IMG/VR virus record: IMGVR_UViG_2912101750_000002
Length of the DNA: 64,000 nt
DNA from: a virus
Taxonomy: Duplodnaviria; Caudoviricetes
Direction: 5' to 3' (one strand)
The notes beneath the pieces were generated by a model, which was not told the origin of the DNA, did not search any database, and was given only the letters and a program-made list of their open reading frames with translations. Shown in pieces: positions 55,610-64,000 of the stretch (positions are counted from its first letter, which is position 1; each line of letters begins with the position of its first letter). Position numbers and translations under genes: made by a program.

Positions 55610-56290
55610 ATGGACGCCGTTGAAGACACCGTGGGCTCGCGCATTCGTGCGGCAAGAAAAGCCAAGGGGCTTACTCAGAAGCAGCTTGCCAAGCAGATTC
55701 CAACGGACGAGTCTTCTATATCCAGGTGGGAGCGCGATGAACAGGGAATCACGCTTGATAATGCCGTTGCCCTGGCTGGCGTTCTCGGCGTGTCGGTTCA
55801 ATACCTGCAGACCGGCGACGAGGTTGTCCCGGTCGGCAATAAAAACATGCGCCTGATTCGTGTCGTTGGAGAGGTGCAGGCCGGCGTCTGGCGGGAAGCG
55901 ATTGAGTGGGCGCCTGACGATCAGGACGAAATCCCCGTAATCACACCGCCAGAATACCGCAATCTGGTCATGAGCGCCTACGTGGTTCGCGGGCCGTCGA
56001 TGAACATGTACTATCCATCAGGAACGCACGTCATCGTGGCGTCTACCATCGCCAATGGCATCTCTCCTAAGAACGGCAGCAAGGTCTTGGTCTCGAGGCT
56101 GAACAAGGACGGGCTGTATGAGGCGACGTTGAAAGAGTACGTAATTGACAAGGACGGCAAGGTCTGGCTCTGGCCGCGCTCAACGGATCCGCAGTTTCAA
56201 GAGCCGATCGCCTACAAGAATGGTGACACGGAAGAAGTGACAATCACCGGGATCGTGGCCCTGTCGCAGATCACAGAGTCTTTGTTTTAG
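55610..56290 (+). CDS. cI: CI-like repressor (XRE HTH plus S24 peptidase)
   Basis: GLTQKQLA..SRWE, VQAG cleavage site, GPSM, TLK. Confidence 0.93.
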   Translation: MDAVEDTVGSRIRAARKAKGLTQKQLAKQIPTDESSISRWERDEQGITLDNAVALAGVLGVSVQYLQTGDEVVPVGNKNMRLIRVVGEVQAGVWREAIEWAPDDQDEIPVITPPEYRNLVMSAYVVRGPSMNMYYPSGTHVIVASTIANGISPKNGSKVLVSRLNKDGLYEATLKEYVIDKDGKVWLWPRSTDPQFQEPIAYKNGDTEEVTITGIVALSQITESLF

Positions 56291-56312
56291 GTTTCAGGAA
56301 AATGCGCGGCGC

Positions 56313-56363
56313 TAGGCGTTTGCGCATTTTTTGTTTGACATAACTTGTGAAAACGCCTAGTGT
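56313..56363 (+). promoter_or_regulatory. rightward early promoter with two operators
   Basis: TTGACA-17-TAGTGT; TAGGCGTTTGCGCA and TGTGAAAACGCCTA. Confidence 0.75.
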
Positions 56364-56413
56364 GATTCCTGTAGCCGCCACGTGCGGCCTGGCTCCTGAA
56401 GGGAGTTACGGGA

Positions 56414-56620
56414 ATGTTTAAACGCGCCAAGATCGTCATGGAGTTCGAGGTAGATCTCGACATGCTGCCCGGCTGGGGTCACACGACCGGCGACTGGGTT
56501 GACCTAATCAACCGCAATTTCCTGCTCCAGACTCATTACAACGCCGAAAGCCGCGTCGTCTCCGCTGATGTTGGACCCTCAAAAAGGGCCGTTGCACTTG
56601 CTACACAGGTGCAATCATGA
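56414..56620 (+). CDS. hypothetical protein
   Basis: first ORF after promoter. Confidence 0.6.
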   Translation: MFKRAKIVMEFEVDLDMLPGWGHTTGDWVDLINRNFLLQTHYNAESRVVSADVGPSKRAVALATQVQS

Positions 56621-56802
56621 ACCTCCAAGTCACCACACGCCACGACCCGCGCCGTTCCATCCTCGTCAACGGCGCAGCGTATCGCCGCGAGATGAGCCGC
56701 AAGATTGAGCCAGCGGTATCGTTTGAGCAGGCTCTGCTTATGGGCATCTGCATCGCCTGCTTCGTGGCTGGCGTTCTCTGTCTTGCTGTTGGCCTCTCCT
56801 AA
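56617..56802 (+). CDS. small C-terminal TM protein
   Basis: coupled; hydrophobic C-terminus. Confidence 0.55.
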   Translation: MNLQVTTRHDPRRSILVNGAAYRREMSRKIEPAVSFEQALLMGICIACFVAGVLCLAVGLS

Positions 56803-57002
56803 TGGCCAACATAATCGAAACCATCAACAGCGCCGATCGCATTGCCAATCTTTGGCGTACAGGCACTGTCGCTGCGCTGTCCGCACAGGAGCGGCTCACC
56901 GACTTGGGGTTCTATGCCGTAGATGTCGGCGAGCGTCACATCGTTGGCTGGTTTAACGGTCACCGGTTTGAGATGCCTGCCGCACAGGCGTTGCCAGTTT
57001 GA
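56802..57002 (+). CDS. hypothetical protein
   Basis: coupled. Confidence 0.55.
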   Translation: MANIIETINSADRIANLWRTGTVAALSAQERLTDLGFYAVDVGERHIVGWFNGHRFEMPAAQALPV

Positions 57003-57013
57003 GGGGGGATAAC

Positions 57014-57949
57014 ATGTTCGTCATATTCGATCTTGACGGCACGCTTGCCGACATCAACCATCGTGTGCACTTCGTCCGCAACGGCAAGCGCGACTGGAAA
57101 TCGTTCTTCGCGGCGTGCGTTGACGACATGCCGAACGTCGAGGTTGTCGACACGCTTAAGGCGCACGTCGCCGCAGGCCATGCAGTGCGCATCTGGTCGG
57201 CACGTAGCGACGTGGTGCGCACTGAGACCGAAGCCTGGCTCGCAGCGTACGGCATCGACCCTTGGCGCTTGCAGCATATGCGCGCCGACGGAGACAGCAC
57301 ACCGGACGTCGAACTTAAACGCTACTGGCTGTCGCAAGAACACATCAAGCCTGACCTGATTTACGACGACCGTCAGCGCGTGGTCGACATGTGGCGCGCG
57401 GAAGGCATTCCGTGCTTTCAGGTTTGCGCAAACTGGGAAGAAGAAGGCCGAGTCATTGCGCCAGTTTCGGATGGTCCGCTGCTGACGCTTATGGTTGGAC
57501 CGTCTGGCGCGGGCAAGTCGAAGTGGTGCGAGCGGCAGGATGGTGTCCTATCCAGTGACGCGCTCCGCCTTGCCTACACAGGCTCAATCCAAGACCAGTC
57601 GCGCAACGAAGACGTGTTTGTGGCGCTGCATCGCTTGGCTAAGGCCCGACTGGATTGTGGGCTGCCCGTCATCGTTGATGCGACCAACCTGCGGCGTCGG
57701 GATAGACTGGCCTGCGCGGCATTGGCGCCTGTCGGTTCTTCTGTCCGCTACGTCGTTATCGACCGACCTCTGGCGTTGAAAATCCAGACAGGCGGGTGGC
57801 GCAATGACGTCAAGATCGGCGATAAAACGCTGGTCGAAGTGCATCACGACCGCTTCCGCTCAGCCTTGCGCGATATCCTGGCTGGCGACGGATTGCAGAA
57901 CGTCAAGGTTGAAGACCTGCGCCACGTAGATGTGCGGGTGGCGGCATGA
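57014..57949 (+). CDS. polynucleotide 3'-phosphatase/5'-kinase (HAD-kinase order)
   Basis: DLDGT, SAR, DDR; GPSGAGKS, SSDALR, VDATN. Confidence 0.88.
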   Translation: MFVIFDLDGTLADINHRVHFVRNGKRDWKSFFAACVDDMPNVEVVDTLKAHVAAGHAVRIWSARSDVVRTETEAWLAAYGIDPWRLQHMRADGDSTPDVELKRYWLSQEHIKPDLIYDDRQRVVDMWRAEGIPCFQVCANWEEEGRVIAPVSDGPLLTLMVGPSGAGKSKWCERQDGVLSSDALRLAYTGSIQDQSRNEDVFVALHRLAKARLDCGLPVIVDATNLRRRDRLACAALAPVGSSVRYVVIDRPLALKIQTGGWRNDVKIGDKTLVEVHHDRFRSALRDILAGDGLQNVKVEDLRHVDVRVAA

Positions 57950-59061
57950 CCCACTTTCACATCAACCACATCGATGACGTACTGCCGTTCGTTGAGGGTC
58001 GCAATGACTTCGTGATTGCCGACAAATGTGATTACAAGGTCATCGACTACGTCTTTGCCGGCGACGACACCTTCGCGCATCCGGCTCGAGTTGAATGCCG
58101 CGGACTCAAGTTTGCGCCAGACGGATCAATCCTGGCGCGTCCTCTTCACAAGTTCATGAACATCGGCCAGACGCCAGAAACGCAGCCTGACCGCATCGAC
58201 TTCAGCCTGCCTCACACGATCATGGAGAAGTTAGACGGATCCATGATCCATCCAGCCATCGTAAATGGCGAAGTAGTGTTCATGACGCGCATGGGTCGCA
58301 CTGATGTTGCGCGCAAGGCGGAGCGACATTTGACGCCAGCAATGATTGACGGACTGCGCTACAATATGAGCAATGGCATCACGCCAATATTTGAGTGGAC
58401 CGCGCCAGACAATCGCATCGTCGTTCGCTATGAGAAGTCGGCGCTGACACTATTGGCTGCCCGCTACAACACGACCGGCTCCTATCTGCCTGCGTCGTGG
58501 CTATGGTCGCTATCTCGCTTGATAGGCGTCCCGCTGGTCACCTATCACAATCCGCAGCACACAGACGCAGCAGACTTCCTTGCCTACGCGCGAGCAATCC
58601 AAGGCGCGGAAGGCTTCGTCGTAAAATTCGACAACGGACTATGGGTCAAGGCCAAGGGCGACGACTATGTCTTGAAGCACAGGGCAAAGGACTCCATCCT
58701 GCAGGAAAAGAACATCCTGGCACTAGTCCTTAGCGGCGGTCTGGACGATGTCTTGCCGCTGCTTGACGCGCCAGACGCAGACGCGGCCAGCGCATACGAC
58801 GCAAGCGTAGAGGCCGGCGTGCGGCGGACGGCATCTGTAGTGACCGACATTGTCGCCCAAGGCGCATCAATGACGCAGAAGGATTTCGCGCTTGGTGTTG
58901 CGCTTAAGCTTGACGGACCATTGCGCACGCTAGCCTTTCAGGTGCGTTCTGGACAATCGCCAACCGAGTGCATCCGCGCTCGTATCGCTGCCAACTGCAA
59001 TTCCTCTGCGCAAGTTGAGGAATGTCGACCGCTTCACAACGCAACATGGAGACTATCATGA
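57946..59061 (+). CDS. RNA ligase, T4 Rnl1-like
   Basis: ECRG, KFMN, EKLDGS, FEW, EGFVV, VKAK..Y. Confidence 0.9.
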   Translation: MTHFHINHIDDVLPFVEGRNDFVIADKCDYKVIDYVFAGDDTFAHPARVECRGLKFAPDGSILARPLHKFMNIGQTPETQPDRIDFSLPHTIMEKLDGSMIHPAIVNGEVVFMTRMGRTDVARKAERHLTPAMIDGLRYNMSNGITPIFEWTAPDNRIVVRYEKSALTLLAARYNTTGSYLPASWLWSLSRLIGVPLVTYHNPQHTDAADFLAYARAIQGAEGFVVKFDNGLWVKAKGDDYVLKHRAKDSILQEKNILALVLSGGLDDVLPLLDAPDADAASAYDASVEAGVRRTASVVTDIVAQGASMTQKDFALGVALKLDGPLRTLAFQVRSGQSPTECIRARIAANCNSSAQVEECRPLHNATWRLS

Positions 59062-59243
59062 ACGACGATTATAACGGCGTTGGCCCTTACGTCGAAGGCG
59101 GCAACTTCAACATCATTGCCGACGATATCGACCCGCAGACAGCGCGTAACATCGCCAACTACTACGGCGCCAAGGGCGAAGTCTGGTCGGCTGGCATGGC
59201 GCGTAGGTTGCGGGTTGCGGCGAATGATGCCAGCCATGGATGA
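59058..59243 (+). CDS. hypothetical protein
   Basis: ATGA-coupled. Confidence 0.55.
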   Translation: MNDDYNGVGPYVEGGNFNIIADDIDPQTARNIANYYGAKGEVWSAGMARRLRVAANDASHG

Positions 59244-59739
59244 GAAGCTCGATGTCGACGCGCTCGCTCAAGAAATCCGCCGCGTAGATGGCGGTCACAA
59301 TCTTGGCGCTAGCCAGCTCGCAGAAGCTTTGATGCCGTTTCTCCGCGCCTCCCTCAAGGCTTCGCAGGAAGCGGAGGTGGTGAATGCACTGTCCGATATC
59401 GCGACAGAACGTAGCCGCCAGGTGGAGTCCGAAGGCTGGACGCCCGAGCATGATGACAAGCACAAAGACGGCGAGATGGCGCGCGCAGCGGGCATCTATG
59501 CGCTGATCGCCGGAAGCAATCTCACTAATTACCGGAACGCAACTGGCGGCTATAATCTCGGAACGATCCTTGGCGGCCTCATGGACCACTATTGGCCGTG
59601 GGATAAGTCGTGGTTCAAGCCAACGTCCCGCCGACGCGATCTCGTCAAGGCCGGCGCCCTCATCGTCGCTGAAATCGAGCGCCTTGACCGTCTCTCCACC
59701 CCACAACCATCACCATATGCAGACGGAGACGCAGCATGA
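59236..59739 (+). CDS. conserved phage protein
   Basis: ERSRQVESEGWTPEHDD, WPW, DLVKAGALIVAEIERLDR. Confidence 0.75.
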   Translation: MDEKLDVDALAQEIRRVDGGHNLGASQLAEALMPFLRASLKASQEAEVVNALSDIATERSRQVESEGWTPEHDDKHKDGEMARAAGIYALIAGSNLTNYRNATGGYNLGTILGGLMDHYWPWDKSWFKPTSRRRDLVKAGALIVAEIERLDRLSTPQPSPYADGDAA

Positions 59740-60449
59740 GCCCCTCCGGTAAGATATCTGAGGCGATGGTCGAGGCGTGCACTTGGCTGGAGGCTCTAGT
59801 TGCTGAGGCGTTGCCAGGGGCAGAAGCCAGCACGCATGAAGTCGTTATCACCATCACGAAACTGAAAGCTGCGATCGCCGCTCTATCGGTACCCGCTCCA
59901 GGCACGGACAAATGGCTCGGCGAACTGCTGGCGATCATTCATCGCGACGGCGGCCAGTATCAGGCCACGCATGGCGTCGAGAAGGCCGTAGAGGACGCAC
60001 ATTCGATCCTTGCCGCGGCATTCTCCACCCCGCAAGCTGGAGATATGGGGGCGGTGAAGGTGCGCGATCTCGAATGGGAGGCTGTGTCACAGGTTGAAGC
60101 CCGAGCGCCTGGCGGGTTTGGAGACGACTACATCTGCTACCGCTCTGGAGCGCAAGTGTGCCTCGATCTGCCAGATGGCAAGACCACTATTCACACCTCG
60201 TTCGAAGCCGCCAAAGCAGCCGCCCAGCAAGATTACGGATCCCGCGTCCTGAGCGCTCTTTCCTCTACCCCTGTGGGGGAGATGGACGGCTGGCAGACAA
60301 TGGGCAGCGCGCCACATGCTTGTCATGTGCTAGCGACTCGCTTCGATAGCGAGTTCGGAGAATGGGTCTTTGCCGTCGTCATGAGCCCGCCAAGCCCTCC
60401 GTTTACGCATTGGCGCCCGCTTCCCGCTTCCCCGCAAGGAGGAAGGTGA
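59736..60449 (+). CDS. mosaic protein with DUF551-like end
   Basis: AKAAAQQDY, WQTMGSAP...THWRPLP. Confidence 0.65.
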   Translation: MSPSGKISEAMVEACTWLEALVAEALPGAEASTHEVVITITKLKAAIAALSVPAPGTDKWLGELLAIIHRDGGQYQATHGVEKAVEDAHSILAAAFSTPQAGDMGAVKVRDLEWEAVSQVEARAPGGFGDDYICYRSGAQVCLDLPDGKTTIHTSFEAAKAAAQQDYGSRVLSALSSTPVGEMDGWQTMGSAPHACHVLATRFDSEFGEWVFAVVMSPPSPPFTHWRPLPASPQGGR

Positions 60450-60649
60450 TGGCCAAGCTGACCAAGCCGCAAATTGAATTGCTGGCGGACCTTGCAGACA
60501 CATCATGCTCGGCTTCTTCAACCTACGCTCCGGCGCGTAAACTCGTTGAGCTTGGGCTTGCCCGGTGGATTGACGGCAAGTACGGGGATTTCTTAGCCAT
60601 CACCGAATCTGGCCGCACCGCTCTCGCTTCTGAGGGAGGTGGACGATGA
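60449..60649 (+). CDS. small winged-helix-like protein
   Basis: LTKPQ, LVELGL, ITESGR. Confidence 0.6.
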   Translation: MAKLTKPQIELLADLADTSCSASSTYAPARKLVELGLARWIDGKYGDFLAITESGRTALASEGGGR

Positions 60650-61002
60650 GCGACGAACCTATAGCTTGGCGCTTCATCAGCAATGCCAAGGGCGCAAAAT
60701 GGACGGTCCAGAAGAACTTTCCGACCGAGGTGGCGAAATGGCCTGGCTACACCGTTGAGCCATGCTATTCCGCCGCCGCCCTCGCCGCCAAGGACACAGC
60801 CCTAGCGGAGATGAGGGCGGAACTGGAGCGGGTGAAGAAGGCGCTGGAGCCGTTTGCTAGAGAAGCCGAAGCCTGGGTCGGTTATGATGACACAGAGCCA
60901 CTGACCGAGGGCTGGGGTGGCGGCCCCGCAACGCAGTTGGTTGTCGCGCATCTCCGTGCCGCCGCCCGCGCCGCATCCCAGGATGAGGGAGAAGAGCGGT
61001 GA
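60646..61002 (+). CDS. hypothetical protein
   Basis: SD GGAGG; coupled. Confidence 0.6.
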   Translation: MSDEPIAWRFISNAKGAKWTVQKNFPTEVAKWPGYTVEPCYSAAALAAKDTALAEMRAELERVKKALEPFAREAEAWVGYDDTEPLTEGWGGGPATQLVVAHLRAAARAASQDEGEER

Positions 61003-61304
61003 GCGCGGCAAATGATAACCGTCTGCCCTTTAAATCTCTTGACGCGCTCCCGCTATTCGCAACCGACAAAGAGATTGCCGTTGCAGTAGTTGGGCGCACT
61101 ACGGCAAAGTACTGGCTGACCGCGGTCCTGCCGACACTAGAGCGTCGCGGATTCCCGGCTCAGGATCCGCTTCATGCTGGCCGCGCTGTGCCACTGGTAC
61201 GCAAGTTCTATGAGGACTATTTTGGCATTACCGCGGGCTTTGCAATGGCGAAGCCTGGCGGCGAGGAGAAGATATGGCAGCCGAAGAAAAAGCGATCGGC
61301 CTAG
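60999..61304 (+). CDS. putative excisionase
   Basis: small, LERRGFP..DP motif, overlaps integrase start. Confidence 0.6.
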   Translation: MSAANDNRLPFKSLDALPLFATDKEIAVAVVGRTTAKYWLTAVLPTLERRGFPAQDPLHAGRAVPLVRKFYEDYFGITAGFAMAKPGGEEKIWQPKKKRSA

Positions 61305-62542
61305 TGCGTCCCGACATCGATGCGCCTGGCCTAGTGTGGATTAAACGCCGTGCTGGGCATACTCCGTATTGGCGCCCGCCAGAGTGGTATCTTCCGAACA
61401 ACGAGAAGGCCGCGCATATCAACCTGTCGCCGCTAGCCGGCATGCCAGACCAACTAATCGCGCGCTGCCAGTCGTTGCAATCCGAAGCGCTTGCGTGGAA
61501 GGCAGGCGTGCGTGGCCACATAGGCTCATTCGACGGTACGTTCGGCCAGATCATCAAGAAGTACCTCAACGACGAGGACAGCTCGTTTAAGGCGCTGCGG
61601 CCTGGCTCGCGCCACCCCTATGAGTTCTACGCCAAACGCCTTGAATATGAGCTTGGTGAACTGCGCGTTGACGAGGTTAGTGGCGTCGACCTGAAGCGCT
61701 GGCACGAACGCTGGTCTGCTGGCGGCGAAAAGCTTGCCGCATCTAAGATGATGCGTGCCGTGCTGGACGCTGCCATTGCGTTTACAATCATGAGTTCAAA
61801 GGCTGGCACGCCAGAGTTTCGCGCCGCGTCTGAATTGCGCGAGATACTGAAGACGGCAAGCCGCAAGATACCCAATCCGAAGCGCCGCGAGTCGATCGTT
61901 ACCGCTGACCAGGTAGTGGCGTTGCGTGCTGCGGCACATGCGGACAACCGACCCGCCTGCGCACTGGTGTACGCAATGGTGTTTGAGACCACGTTGCGCC
62001 TGTGGGACGTTATCGGCCAGTGGTGGCCAATGGACGCGCCGCTGATAAGCGACGTAGTCATGTCACCACATACCTCCATGCGCGAGGCTAAAAAATGGTT
62101 CGGGCTGAGGTGGGAAGATGTCGGGCCTGACTTGGTGCTACGCTACATGCCGTCCAAGACGAGCGCCAAGACAGGGCTGTCCGTCACCTTCCCGCTGGCT
62201 AAGGCGCCAATGGTGATGGAAGAGCTTGCGCATTGGCCTGTCGAGAAAAGGACGGGGCCGATGATAGTCGCAGACGGTACTGGCTTGCCGTATTCGTCTA
62301 ACTACTTCGGTGAGTTCTGGCGGAAGGACAGAGAGGCTGTCGGCCTGCCTGCGAACATATGGGCGCGCGACTTGCGAGCGTCAGGGATTACGGAAGGCCG
62401 CGCCAGCGGGGCGTCTACAGACGATGCCGCGAAGGTTGCCGGCCATGCGTCGACCAAGACGACGGCCGCCGTGTACGACCGCGCTACGCTCGAGGCGTCA
62501 GAGCGATTTGCGGATGCCAGGACGAAGAAGAGGAACGGGTGA
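61274..62542 (+). CDS. int: tyrosine integrase
   Basis: TLR, PSKT, RDLRASG, GHAS, VYDR. Confidence 0.88.
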   Translation: MAAEEKAIGLVRPDIDAPGLVWIKRRAGHTPYWRPPEWYLPNNEKAAHINLSPLAGMPDQLIARCQSLQSEALAWKAGVRGHIGSFDGTFGQIIKKYLNDEDSSFKALRPGSRHPYEFYAKRLEYELGELRVDEVSGVDLKRWHERWSAGGEKLAASKMMRAVLDAAIAFTIMSSKAGTPEFRAASELREILKTASRKIPNPKRRESIVTADQVVALRAAAHADNRPACALVYAMVFETTLRLWDVIGQWWPMDAPLISDVVMSPHTSMREAKKWFGLRWEDVGPDLVLRYMPSKTSAKTGLSVTFPLAKAPMVMEELAHWPVEKRTGPMIVADGTGLPYSSNYFGEFWRKDREAVGLPANIWARDLRASGITEGRASGASTDDAAKVAGHASTKTTAAVYDRATLEASERFADARTKKRNG

Positions 62543-62571
62543 ATGGAACTACGGCAAACGGAGGAATTGTG

Positions 62572-62778
62572 ATGGCGTACCAAGTGACATGGACTGACAA
62601 GAAGACTGGCGCGTACTGCGAGGCTGAACACAGCGACATCGATGAAGCGTGCCGCGACGCCAACACCAAGAGCAACCTGCACTGCTCTGCTGTTGTCCTA
62701 AACGTCAGATGCGGCGAAGTGGTTGGATCTCTAAACTACAGTTTTGGGCGCAGAGGGGAAGCCGACGGTGACATGTGA
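62572..62778 (+). CDS. hypothetical protein
   Basis: SD GGAGG. Confidence 0.55.
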   Translation: MAYQVTWTDKKTGAYCEAEHSDIDEACRDANTKSNLHCSAVVLNVRCGEVVGSLNYSFGRRGEADGDM

Positions 62779-63565
62779 TTTGCTAATTGGCGATAGCGCC
62801 AAAGTGCTAGCGACGTTGCCATCGGATAGTGTCGACCTAACAGTCACCAGCCCGCCTTACGACAATCTGCGCACATATAACGGATTCGCATTCGACTTCG
62901 AGGCGATAGCCAGTGAAATCTATCGCGTGACGGCGGTCGGCGGAGTTGTCGTGTGGAATGTCGGAGACGCCACAGTCAATGGAAGCGAGACCGGAACGTC
63001 GTTTCGGCAAGCGCTGTTCTTCAAGGACGAGTGTGGCTTCAATCTGCACGACACTATGATTTACCGAAAGACAGGTACGGGGGCCTGCGGCAGCAATCTC
63101 GCCTACTGGCAGGCTCACGAATATATGTTCGTTCTGTCAAAAGGGAAGCCGAAGGCTGTCAACCGCATAGCCGATCATAAAAACACAAGCGCTGGCCGGG
63201 TAAGCTCGTTTGGTCGGTTCAATAAGGATGGTGTAAAAAAAGACGCACGACTTCGAGTTAATCCCGAATACTCAATAAGGCAAAATGTTTGGGATATCCA
63301 CCCTTTTGCATCAAACGACAACACGAAGCATCCCGCCAGGTTCCCCGAGCAGCTAGCCCGCGACCACATCGTCTCATGGTCAAATCCTGGCGACACCATC
63401 CTAGATCCGTTTCTCGGAAGCGGGACAACTGGTAAGATGGCCGCGCAACTTGGTCGCAAGTTCATCGGCATCGAAATAAGCGACGAGTATGCAGGCATAG
63501 CGCGAGCACGAATCGAAGCAGCCAACGACAATCGCGCGCCAGACCTATTCGCAGAGGCTGCATAG
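62768..63565 (+). CDS. DNA N4-C/N6-A methyltransferase (beta class)
   Basis: TSPPY, HPARFP, LDPFLGSGTT. Confidence 0.92.
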   Translation: MTCDLLIGDSAKVLATLPSDSVDLTVTSPPYDNLRTYNGFAFDFEAIASEIYRVTAVGGVVVWNVGDATVNGSETGTSFRQALFFKDECGFNLHDTMIYRKTGTGACGSNLAYWQAHEYMFVLSKGKPKAVNRIADHKNTSAGRVSSFGRFNKDGVKKDARLRVNPEYSIRQNVWDIHPFASNDNTKHPARFPEQLARDHIVSWSNPGDTILDPFLGSGTTGKMAAQLGRKFIGIEISDEYAGIARARIEAANDNRAPDLFAEAA

Positions 63566-63679
63566 TTATTGCGCAAGCAATAACCGGCCTGTTCGACCGC
63601 AAGCCCTTGATATGATTGAGCCGCGTTATTGAGCGTTACCGGGGTGGTTCTGGGCCACAAAGATAGTTGCAGTTAGGGC

Positions 63680-63710
63680 TTGACGACCTAGGGCTGCTCG
63701 CCCTATATAT
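63680..63710 (+). promoter_or_regulatory. candidate sigma70 promoter
   Basis: TTGACG ... CTATAT upstream of SD AAGGAG. Confidence 0.5.
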
Positions 63711-63736
63711 GGTTCATCGAAACAAGGAGATTCGCC

Positions 63737-64000
63737 ATGAACCAGACTCCAGAAAAGTTCATTGACACAGGCGGCAACGGCTATCCGCAACGCTTTCATT
63801 CCGTGAGCACGCTGCCCCGTACGGCGTTCGACGTTTACTACGATGGCTCTTTTGGCCATTGGATGCCGGAAATCAGGGCGCAGGGGTATCCGCGTGTTCG
63901 CCATCTGCCCGGTGCCACTACGCGGTACGGCGGTTTCGAGACAAAGGCGGCTGCTGAGCGTGCGCTTGACGAATTCTACGGAATGGCGGGTGCGTCATGA
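63737..64000 (+). CDS. hypothetical protein
   Basis: SD AAGGAG; GFETKAAAERA motif. Confidence 0.6.
   Translation: MNQTPEKFIDTGGNGYPQRFHSVSTLPRTAFDVYYDGSFGHWMPEIRAQGYPRVRHLPGATTRYGGFETKAAAERALDEFYGMAGAS

Overview
The window holds a near-complete temperate HK97-type siphophage/prophage. Gene content and order resemble Rhizobiaceae phages of the 16-3 type; the host is inferred to be alphaproteobacterial. No host chromosomal genes were recognised. Layout: rightward small accessory genes (1-3.8 kb); a leftward accessory operon (3.9-11.9 kb: dNMP kinase, two HD hydrolases, metallophosphoesterase, a MotA/ExbB-like plus MotB/ExbD-like membrane pair, trypsin-like lipoprotein); lysis (12.1-13.8 kb); tail (14.2-27 kb); a head module with embedded glycosyltransferase/methyltransferase genes (27.2-35.5 kb); HNH genes and four tRNAs (35.5-37.4 kb); a replication/recombination block with an iteron array (37.6-55.4 kb); the cro/cI switch (55.1-56.4 kb); and a rightward operon with RNA repair enzymes, xis/int and a DNA methyltransferase. 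Most notable signals: (1) many proteins end in encoded copies of the alphaproteobacterial tmRNA tag (ANDN...AA); (2) a likely -1 frameshift fuses a small head-module protein to a start-less DUF115/MptE-like domain next to GT9-like and methyltransferase genes, a candidate virion glycosylation system; (3) a phage-encoded proton-channel-like membrane module; (4) an anticodon-less tRNA mimic and an 8/4 tRNA-Ser; (5) a C5 methyltransferase coded in two overlapping frames; (6) an asymmetric operator shared by three promoters, with a CtrA box in the genetic switch. All family calls come from motif recognition by eye, not database searches.
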